Below are positions 25,701 to 37,700 of a stretch of 64,000 nt of DNA, piece by piece (positions within the stretch are counted from its first letter, which is position 1; the number at the start of each line of letters is the position of its first letter). The notes beneath the pieces are model-generated. The model saw nothing but the letters and a program-made list of their open reading frames with translations. It had not been told where the DNA came from and did not search any database. Origin of the DNA: a virus (lineage: Duplodnaviria; Caudoviricetes); IMG/VR virus record IMGVR_UViG_3300002307_000048, positions 7,693-71,692 of that record. One strand, 5' to 3'. The position numbers were made by a program, and so were the translations under genes.

Positions 25701-28700
25701 GGGTGAATGATCCCAAATCCGATGGATCTCCTGCAGCCATTAATGACATTACCTTTGCTTTGCTGTCCTGCATTTCATAGGTAGCCCAATCATTTCTGGC
25801 AGTTTTTAAAGCTATGCCAATTTGATAGTTCCCTTGATTATTAGCATCGGATATGATATTATCAAAGAAGTCATAAAACGTAGGGCAGTCTTTTAAAACG
25901 CCTCCTGGATCCATTATGTATCTCCGGATAAACTCTGCTATACCTTCTTGAACCCTTACTTTCTCGCTGGCATTCTCATATTTCTTAATACCAGTAATCC
26001 TTGGTAAATCAGCACTCAAAATTTCATGCTTCATTACTATTTGTTCATTGGTAGGATTCTTTACATTAAGGGTATCAGATAACCCCATTTCTCCGATATC
26101 AAGAGCATGCGCCATTTCATGCGCAAACACTTCAAAATCAGAAAGGCTATATTTTATACGGACAATACCATTTGTAGGCATGTAAAAACCTTGCAATGAT
26201 CTTGATCTCTGCATACGAGCCCCTTTAAATCCAGCTCGTATTTCACTACCTAGCCCTGCATTAAGGTTATTGATCATATTGTTGGAAATATCTGAGGTGG
26301 ATATAAATTTCTTTTTACCCCTTAGTTTTATTTCCTTTCCGGTAGGTGGAACCATTCCTGGAGCTGGAGGAACCGTTGGTCTCTTTGCGAATATTGAAAA
26401 TAGGTCTCCTTGTTTCCCTGGCTGTCCCCTTGATGGTTGTGGAGGTGGTACACCATCTGGAGCATCAGTCATTATAATAGGTGGTTCTGGATCGTCTTCT
26501 GGATACATTTCAGGCATAGAGTCAATTTCACCAGCCTCGTATTTATCAACATTAGCAACAAATTCATCAAATACCGCAGGTCTTTTCTTTTCTGGTACAG
26601 TTGGTAATATATCTTCAACAAGGGTACGGCTAGCCCCATTTATAAGCTCTCTCTTTTTTTGGAATTGATCGAAAATAGGTGCATTATCCTGAATTCTGGC
26701 AACAATATTTTCTATTTTACCTTTTATATTACCTTCTCCATTTATATTGTAATCGGCATTTTGTAATGTCCTCTGGTAATCATCAGAATTCATGGTCTCC
26801 TGCAGGTTACGCCTTTCGTCAGAATATTTTTCAACATTGTTTTCTGAATTTTGAATAACCCTATTAAGAATATTACGTACATCGTTTAAAGTATAATGAC
26901 TAAGCTTATCAATATCAGTCATTGCATTGTAATTGCTAGAGGTAGTTAATTTTTTAATCCGATTCTTAGGCATTACTTTGGTACCATTAATCACCTCCTG
27001 TGTATATGCATGAAATGTTATTCCAATCCCTTCCAGAAGTCCAGTTATATTAAAGAATGTCTGGGTCATGTTCCAAAAAGTATGGCTATGTCCTTCTAAT
27101 AACTGCTTAATAATATCTATTTTGTATTGCATTGGCAGTTCATCAACATACTCCCTAATCGGATACCAGCGTTTGTCCTTACGCAAATCTTCAATATCCC
27201 GCCTCTGCAATTCTGCCAGATTTGAAAGTCTATCGTTAAGCTCCTCGGATTTCTTTTCTGTATCCGGAGCTGGTTCATCCATTATTTTTTTACGGAACTC
27301 ATTGTACCTCTCTATAATTTTAGACCGATCCTTAATAAAGGCTTCATTATTATCAATGTTTTTATAAGCTTCTGCAAACTGTTTATCGAATTCATCTTGC
27401 TTATCAATCAAAGAGATAATATGCTGTACATATTCTTGCGATTTTAACTTATCGGCTAATGCTCTAAAGTTATTAATATCATCCGCCAGGGAATCCAACT
27501 GAGATTCGTTTGATGAATTTTTAGCTAATACAGTTCTATAAAGACCCATTCTATTAAGCAAACCATCCCGTTCCTTTAATGTATCGGTATATTCTCTTAT
27601 GCGAGGATCCTTTGTATTTGCCGTCATTTGCTCAAATTGCTGGAGGAGGATACTATTTTCATCCATATCTCCAGTTTCCATTGTCAAATTCGTATCATCG
27701 CTAAAATTGTCCAGCTTATCAAGGTTGAATAACTGTCCTATGAATTTTTGTTTTGTACTTAAGAACTGGAGCATTAATACCTCTGATCCCCCTTCTGATG
27801 TCCAGTTATGAGGTGATGAAATAAAATTAAGATTACCCTGCCTAACATGGCGACCAATTCTTTGTATATATTCAGATGGTTTAAACGGCAAATCAATATG
27901 GTGAGAAGCTGTAGTAGTATACTGCAGGTTCATAGCGTTACCCATGCTTTTGGTAGATCCAAATAAAAAACGTACTTCGCCATCATTATATAGATACTGA
28001 GCTAAGTCTCTATAATTAGGCTTACCGGCTGGCTTAACTATTTCTTGCATGATAGGTTCACCGTCTTCATCAAGTTTCATTTCCTGTGCACCAGTTTCAG
28101 GATTAAGCTCATAAATTGGCTCTTCGGTTCTTTCTTCGGCAAGATTATCGAATGCCGCAATAGCCTTTTCTCTTTTTTCAGGGCTATTGCCATAATATAA
28201 ATCAAGGATTTCATTAAGCTTTTTAGGATTGACAAGATCCCCTGCGGTTTTGTCAATCTTCATAAAAAGTTTATCATTGTTTTTAGAAGGAGGAAGCAAC
28301 GCTTTTATTTCCTTGATATATTCATCCTGGGCATTGAACCCTGGCAAGTCAGATCTTTGAGCAACATCACTAAAGAATAATTGGCCATTTTTAACGGAAC
28401 GCAATTGCCTTTGTCCATTATCGGAAACCCCTAAATTATAATATTCAACCCCTCCAATATCAACCTTTTCAAGATTTTTACCCTCTTCAAATAAGAAACT
28501 TTTTACGGCTTCTCTCGCAACTGATTTTATTTTAGAATCATATCTATGACTATCGTCAATTAGAGGATTAAATAGCTTAGTATGAACGATACCAGATTTT
28601 ACGGCAGTGAAAAGAGTAATACCAGATTCACCCAATAATCTAATCTGGGCATTCATACGTTTTAAGGTCTCTTTATAAACTGCTATTTTATTCCGGTCTT

Positions 28701-31700
28701 CTAAGGTAACTCCAGTCTTTTCTAGGGCTTTTATAGCTGACTTTAACTGTGTGGCCTGTATATTTAACCGTTTACGATCATCTGAACGCTGTTTTGATCC
28801 TGCTTTGTCTTTTGCCAACTCGGCTATCTCCATTGCTTTGTATGCAGCATAGAACCCCATAACCCTTTTTTCTGGGGTTGCAGGTAATATATGGTTTATT
28901 GGCTCATTTATCGGAATAGGTCTGCCAGCTTCTCTAAATATACCATCCATCTTTTCTTGTAAAAGGATATAAAATACATTATTAATAATCCTTTTAAGCT
29001 GATTTGGGTTTGTAAGACCGACAAACGTGTCTTTAGCCTTTATTTCACCACTGGCTCTGAATGTTTCAATAGGTCTGATTTCACCATGAGCTGAAACAAA
29101 ATCATTGAAAGTATTAATTCCCGCATCCTCCAGGATCTTTGGGTTTATTGATTTTATGGTTTGATAAATTTCGGTAGCACTATTCGTTACTGGTGTACCA
29201 GTAAAGTAAAACACGTTACGTCCATTATTGTTTTCTTGGATATATTGGGTAAAATTCCTCATTATGGCAGCTTGATCGGAAGCTGCTGCACTTATACCAG
29301 ATACGTTTTCATATCCAGACATTGCAGTTTGGATATTTTTATACATATCAGCCTCGTCCACCATTAATGCATCAAATCCTAACCTATCTCCAGATATATT
29401 ATTGGAATCTGTTAATCTCCTATATCTTAATTCTTCGGCCTTTTTTACTTGTTTATCAACGATTTTAAGGACTCCTTTTAAATCGCTTTCAAGCTTTTCC
29501 TTCTGGGCCTTAGTCTCAGCACGGTCAATTTGGTTCAATAAGTTGTCCCTTAAATTATAGAACGGCTTTAAGTCCTTTTCAAGGTTTTCAATTTGTTTGG
29601 ATGCTGATAGCTGCATTGTGTCATTAAATGTGCTATGAGCTATTAGCACAATAGGATAATTATTTACAGCTACATCGGCTATATCATCATGTTTCGTTTC
29701 AGTGGTTATCGTTTTATATTTTAATCCTGGGAATACAAGTTTTATATGTTCTTCCCACTGTTTCATGGCTTTATTTGGCACAACAATAAGTATTTTATTA
29801 GCCGATTTATTTTTGGTTATCAATGCAGCAATTACAATATGTGTTATTGTTTTACCAGAACCAACGGCCATATTATTATATCCATACATTTGGTCAACAG
29901 ACTTATGAACAGCTTCATTCTGCCATGGATCCAATACTAAAGGTTTACCCCTGAATGTTTCAGCCATTCCGTCAACATGAACTTTTTCAAGGTTTACCTC
30001 TTTATTATAAATAGCGTATTGGTCATTATAACGCATGTGTAGACTATTTGCCACGTCTGCAGGAAGCTCGTTCTTAAAAAATGTATTCATCTTACCTGAT
30101 AGATAATCATTCCTCTCATTTGTCAATTCCAAATCCGGAATCATGATAGGTTTATTATCCTCATTTAACACTGGATTCCCCAACATATCCCTTTTAGGAG
30201 ACATTTCGAATTCCTTATTTATCCATCTTACGATCATCCCCTGGGTTACAGCCTGATTTGAAAGAGTGTGCCCTTCTATATTAAGACCGTTTTTAAGGGT
30301 ATCAAACCTATAAGCCCCCTGCGCATCATTGGCAAGCGGATCAAAATAATATGCATTTGGGGAAACTGGAGAACCCAATAATGATTCCACAAAAGGGATA
30401 ACATTTTCCACAAACTTTACAGCCTTTTGGTTTGGCTGGAAAACAATAGATTCTATAGGTATTTGTGGAATTGTCCTTTTCAGTTCCCTCAGCTTTTCAA
30501 TAGCTATATTTGAATTGTGCCATGGCGTATCATTATTCTCTATATGCTGCTCTATTGCATTTATATTAGTGGTTATATTCCCAATAGCATAATCTTCTAT
30601 CTTGATCAATTTAAGTTCATCTGGGTGCATGTAATCAACCATATACACGCCTCCCTGAGTAACTGAATTGACGAAATCCTGCAATGGTGATTCTGAATTT
30701 ACTAACCCTTTTAAATCATCCGATAAGTCAGGTATTTTAGAAAGATCATTTTCATTATCCTTTAAGTAATTAATAAAATGCTCTACGTTTATGGAACGGC
30801 TGAAATCAGACTTAACAGACGACATAATATTAATAAGATCTTCTGGAGTGGTAACCTCCCTACGAGTGGTAAAGTTTACATTCTCTTTAAAAATACCTTT
30901 CCATCTATCTTGTGGCAATCGTTTACCAGAATAGTTAGTCATTAAGTTATCTAGTGCAGTCAATACATAATACCTGCTATCTGAATTATTATTCCGGGAT
31001 CCTTTCAGATATTTTGAAACCACAAAATCATCCCCAAATTTTTCAAGGTTGTTTTTTATCAGAAACTTTTCAACCATATCTCTCAATATGGCCCGGTTCT
31101 TATCCTGATCAACTGGATTGTGTACAGCATGGTTAGCCTGAACAATAGCATCATATTGTTTTATCCTATCCAGAACCAATTGGAAATCATCTGATTTTTT
31201 TATAACTGGTGAAATATCCTGGTAAAGAGAACTTTTAGATAAATTATATACATCAGACATTACCTTCATGAATTGTGGTATCTTGTCTACGGGTACAGAA
31301 GCGGTTGCTAATGCTAGATATTGCTTCTGTAATTCATATGGGATATTAATTGATTCTCTGGTAGCTCTTTTCTGCTTAGAGTTCTTTATTTCAGATTCGG
31401 CATATAAGGATCTAAGGGTAAAACCACTATTGAAAGAAGCGGCTTTATTGGCAGATTTCTCGCCAAATTCTTCTTTTATCTTTTCAAGCGCTATTTCTTC
31501 CAGGATCTTTTCTGATAGGTTATTCTTACGATAAACCATATCATTGATTATTACCAAAGAGCCATTTGGGTTCCCGTCAGGTGGAAAGAAAGCCTTGTCT
31601 CCGATTCTTGTAATAACTGATACGGCTTTATTTTTAGAAACTGGCCTATCGCTTAAGGAATCAATTAGCTCCTTTTGTGCATCATTAAAATTGCCCCCTT

Positions 31701-34700
31701 TAATAACAGCTTTTGGACCCCATCTGGTATATTGTACATCAATATTATTGATATCTGTACCTTTATATAAGTAATCATTTATAGGAGCTATTATTCTAGC
31801 CTTTATAGAACTACCATCATTTGTATTTATGACTGCCTTTAAGTTCTCAGACCATGATGGTAATAATTGACCGTTTTCATTGAACATTAAAGAGAATAAT
31901 GGATTACCAGCAATAACATTTTCCATTGGGAATGAATCAGTTATTTTACTACGCATATCATCCTCAATAACCGGAAATATATGACGTTTCATGTCATAAC
32001 TATACCCGCCACCTATATGGGATGATGGGGCTATTTGGTTGATAGTATCACTATACAGTTTTTTTATAACTGGATCCTCAATGCCTTCCCAAAGAGTTCT
32101 TATTTTGGTTTGAGCTGATTTAAGATAATTTTTTCCTTCTGGAGTATTACCAATTTGTATGCTTCTGTCATAAGATTTAAGGAATTGTTCGTTTTTGTCT
32201 GCAGATAACATGCTTGATTTAGCATAGTTAATGGCAGTTTTAAAATCAATGCCCAACTGATCGGCCAACTTCCGTATATTATCGCTTAACGTCTTATTCC
32301 CTAAAAGGGCAGATACCTGGTCAACGGTTTGTTCACTATTAACTACGAAATTTTTAATAGTTGACTGAGCTGGTCCAGTCCAGTTTCTTGTCGCACTTTG
32401 GATAATAAAATCTTCATCAGTCCTTTTTCGGAGGATAATTAAATCGGTAGCAACATTCGTTCCAGCTATCTTTTTGAAAGTTCCGGGATCCAATCTTATA
32501 CAATCTAAGAAATCAGATGATTCCAGCATACTTTTACGTGCTGCATTATCTTTTTTATCCATGGTTCCTGTAGAAGTGATCCCCACAAAGACGCCCCCTG
32601 GCTGCAAGTTCTTTAAATTCTCCAGAATAAATCCATCATGAAGTAAATGCCCGTTCATTACGGAACCAGCATCAAAAGGAACATTTGTTACAATAAGGTC
32701 ATGTTTTGGGATACCTCTTTGGCTTTCGGTATATCCTTTGATACCTGGAGTTGTAATTCCCTTGAATGTATCTACATGGTGAGTAAAGAATGAAACCTGC
32801 GGATAAAGAACCTTTGCGATCCTGATAGCTATTGATTCTGGTAGATCTACACCAGTTACTTTGAATTCACCGGTAGAAATTTTATCAATAATTGATTGTG
32901 GCAATATCCCGATAAGGTTCCCAATACCTACTGCAGATTCTAGCATATTTGTAGAATTGGATAATATGCCCGCATTATCAAGCATTTTATAAATACTGTC
33001 ACCGGTAGTTGGTGGCGTAAAATGTTCGTAGTCTTTTGCCTTTTCTCCATAATTGTCAGGCAAGTTCCCCCGGCCAGAATACTGAGCCAATGTTTGTAGA
33101 TCTTCTGTTGTAAGGGCAGTTCGTTCACCTGATTCTATCTGTTTTAAAAGATTCTCTGCTTCGGCATTCGCCTCAACCCTGCCAGTACCCATTTCTACAT
33201 TAATACTGTAGTTGAAAAGCTTATCAAGACCTCTCATAGGTTCTGATAAGTTTGGTTCTGATACACCAGCATGTAGCGCCTTAAACGCTTCCTTTAAAGC
33301 TGTTTTCGCAGCGGCTGGAGTTTCTTCTACTGGCGCTGGTTCTATTGGGGTTTCATCAACTGGAGTAACTTCTTTTCTAAGCCTTGCCGCTAGATCAGAT
33401 AATGTAGGTCTTTCAGGATCTAAAGATCTTGCAACACGAGTTTTCCAGGCATCCTCCAGATATGGTTTTATTTCATCCCCAAAATCTTCAATTAAAGATT
33501 TTGCCCAATCCCCAAAATCATGGAGCCCTTCTTTTACAAGTTCATATCCATACTCAACGGCAGCAATTAAAACACCAGGATCTAATCCAACATTCATATT
33601 TCCTCTGGCTCTACGTAGTTCATCTTGAAGTTTTTTAAACCGTTGCTGTTTTGCGGTTAAAGGAGGCTCTTCTTCTTGTGGTTCTTGAATAGGCTCATCT
33701 TTTGGAGGATTATTGCTTGTCGTTTCTTTTGGTTCAGCCTCTGGCCTTGTAAAGTTTGGTTCATTTTCAACATGCCTATACGCCAAAAAGTCAGCTAATG
33801 GGAATTCCCTATTTGGCATACCTTCTGAATCCTGAATACCTCTAATAATCGCCACATTGTCTCGAGTGCCAATAAGCCTATATTTTTCTAATGCAGGATT
33901 ACCGCTATTATGAACATATACTTTCCCGATCTCATAATTAAGTTTAGGCTTTTTGACTGGATAAGGACTATTTTTAGGATCTGATATTTTTTTAGGCTTA
34001 GGTTCTTTTTTAGGTGCCAGCCTATCAGTTTCGTATTTATCAAATTTTGATTTAACACTTTCATAGATCGGCTCAGTAATAGAATTCTTTTGACCATTGA
34101 TATAGTCCTCTGAATAATCTGCCTCGTCTCCTGTTATAACGCCTTTATCAACCAATTCCTTAATAGTATCAGGCGTCAGTTCCCGTCTGCCTGGTATTGG
34201 TCCTCGCTGCTCGGCCCCTCCGGTATTTGCCCCAACATCTTGTGAGCTGCTATCGCCCTGGCTTTCGACCTTATCTCCGTTTCCCCCATCGGTTTCCCGT
34301 ATATCTGCCGGTATATCCTTTTCAGTCTGGCTGTCACTTTGAACGGCCCTGTCTTCAATTGCTGTGTCTTGTTCATATTTTATTGCGTCATTTGGTGTAA
34401 TTGTAATTCCTAACCCTTCTTTTTGAAATTCTTCAAAATACTTAGCATCTTCTTTGGATAAAGGCTGTGCAAACAAATCCCCCTGAGCTTTACCCGCCTG
34501 GTGAACTAACCCTTTTTCTTGTTGTAGTTTTAATAACTCTTTATTTAAAGTTGCCAGAAGGTCTTTATATTGCTGTGTTTTCTCCTCCAGTTCAGCGCCA
34601 GTTATGCCATTCTTTATAAAAAGATTCGTTTTGTTGGCTAATTGGTCTTTCGCAGCTTTTATCTCAGCGTTTAGATCGCTTATACTTTTCTCGTATTCCT

Positions 34701-37700
34701 TTTCTGCAGCAGTTCTATAAATAAACCTTTCAAGGTTCAATGGCTGAGCTGGATCAAAGAATACGTCACCGGTAACATTCTGAACCTTCTTTTGAAAATC
34801 AGTCATGTTGGTAAAACTACCTCCATGTTTAAGCAGATACTTAAACATTTCTTCTTCATGGTTATTGGTAAGCCTAGGCTCTTTGGAGCGCATATTGCCA
34901 ATCCATTCCGCTATTTTTTGAGTATTTTTCCTTGAATCAGCATTTTCAGCCTTTTGAAGAGTTTTTAATGCCGTTATAGCTGTTCCTTCTGGATTTAGGT
35001 ATGAGTAATTCCAGACTTCACCGAAATTATTATTTTCAGCCTTTCTGGCAAGTTTTTTTAGTTCTGCTGGATCAATGCCTCCGGCTACTCTTTTATCGTA
35101 ATAAAGCTTTGCCCTATCGGTTAAATCCTCTGGAGTACCCGCATTATTGGAATTCTTAGCAAAATCAATAGCTTCTGCTTCGGTGCCATTAAAAAATACA
35201 GAAGGAATAGCATTTTTATTTGATCTTTTATATCCTTCCAGCCTAGAGTGCCCTGCCAGAACATAGGTTTTACCATCTTTAGGATCTTTCCATAACATTA
35301 TTGGATTTTGAGCCATTAATGCCGGGTTGAAGTTTTCAGCTACGTTTTTAGCTGTTTCTTCGGCAAAGTCCTGAGATCTATTCTGGAACCGGCCTTTATC
35401 AATATTTATATCCTTAATTGGAAAGTTTACTGCAGCGTTTTCAACTAATTCCGGTTTTGATTCCTCTTTAGCTGGGACATATTTACTTTTAGTTATTTTA
35501 CGTTCACCACTTAAAGTTGTATATGCATGTTCAAAAAAGCCACTAGCGTTTTTAATACCATATTCTTGAATATCTCCTGCTCTATCTCCTTCTGGAGTAT
35601 CCATTAAATATTTACGCCTCGACATAAAAGTTATACCTTGTGGATTATAATCTTTTTTGCCGTTTTCGTCAATTTCAAAAGGCATTAATTCTATTTCATC
35701 AAGCGAATATTTGCCATTTGATGATAGTCTATTATTTTTTTTAAGTGTTACTTCATAATGTGTTCCAGATTCATTGGTAATTATATCCCCAATTTTAGCA
35801 TGATCCATTAAAAAATCATGCATAGGTTTTGCATTACCTATTTTTTTAGATTTTAATCCCGCATTCTGAAAGTTTTCATCAGTATTTTGACCTTCACTAC
35901 TAGCACTAATAGTACCTGGCTCAAATATTGGCTTACGAGCATCTTCTATTGGAGGTACAGGAGTAATATTCCCAGAAGGCGTACTTTCAGTTTTCGCAGC
36001 GGATAACCTTTTGTTTACTTCATCGGCTATTTCCGTTGCTGCATTAAAACCTTTTTTAAACTTTCGCTGGATATCTTTAACCTCAACTTTATCTAACCCA
36101 TTTTTGGTAGCATCATCAAAGGCATCTTTGATATCATCTTCGGTATACGGCATAACAACTTTTGGCTTGCCATTTTCATCAGTTGCACCACTCGATATTG
36201 GGACTACAGGAACTTTCTTTTCTGGTTCTACGGGTTCTAATTTAGATACAGATCCACCAGCCAATATTTCTCCATTACCCACAGGTATATTGTCGGACGA
36301 TTCGGCCTCTTTATTTTTACCCGATACTTTCGCTGTACCAGTTTCATCTGGTGTATTTTGGTTATCGGTTTTAGGTTCATTTTTTTTGAGAATTATTCTA
36401 GTATAAGGATCTTCTCCAGTTGGCCTTGATCCCCTCGAAATCTCTTCTATTTTTTCATTTTCACCAGTCAACGGGTTTTTAATTAAATCCCCCTCTTTTA
36501 TATCATTACCAACATTTTGGTGAATTATAAATTCTTGAGTATCCCCAACAGGGCCATTAGGGACTAATTTATCCGTTATACCGGGTATATTTATGGGTTC
36601 TGTACTTGTGGATCCAGTTGGCAAAACCTTACCCGTATTTTGGGTTTCTGGTTGCTCTGCCTCAGTGCCTGTTGCCTCCGGTTTCTTTTTGGCATAATCT
36701 TTCCACTTATTGAAAAATTCCGCAGACGCATCCGGATCATATTCAGCAAATTTTTGCCATAAAGGATCTGTTTTAATAAAGTTTTCAGGATCACCTATTA
36801 TCCCATTCCTAAAATGATCCTCAACCTTATCTAAAAAGTTAAATTGATCTTCTGTTATATTTCTTAAAGGAGTTTCAGCAACGCCCTTCTTATGGACAAC
36901 ATGCATGGCCAGCATAATTTCTCCCAGATCGCCCAGCTCTGCCAGGCTATTTACCCAGGATGGAGCCTTACCACGGCCTTTGCTGTTATCTTCTGGATAA
37001 TAGTAATCCTTTATTGCTGTACCGATTTGGGTTAAGTCTTTTATTGACTTTTTTATCAATAAATTACCTACCCTACCATCGTCTTGGTTCTCTGGAATTT
37101 TATCAACGGCCTCGTTAAATGCAGCGGTACCCAAATTAAAGGCACTCATTTCAGGCGTAACGGCTCCAAATGCACTGAAATAAGATTTGGCTATACCTGC
37201 AGTAACGCTTATCAGCCCCTTCAGGTCTCCATGGCTTAAATCATTAATTCCTCCGGATACCTGTTCTCCACCCTGCTTAATCCCAGATCCGGTTGTACTG
37301 GCAATATATCCAATAGGATTAATCAAAAATCCCATTACGCCAGCTTTCTCCGGATGATCCCAAAATTCAGAATCGCTTAATAAAGCGGCATCATGCGCCC
37401 GCTCTTTAGCGGTTAACGCATCATTAAAACCACCTCCCTGATTTTGATTTCTTTCATCCGAATCTTTATTCACCTGAGCCCATTGGCTTTTCAAATCATA
37501 TTCCCTGGCCTTATCATCATTCCCTAATTTGGCCTGCATGTATGAAATATTCCTGAGAATATCTGGATTGGCTCCATGCGTGTCGTCAGCATTAGCCGCT
37601 AATTCAAAATGCTTTAAGGCTGCTTTTTGTAAAGCATCCATATCAGCATTATTCTTGAAGTAATCAGGTGATTCAGATAATTTAGCAAGCGCATATCCAG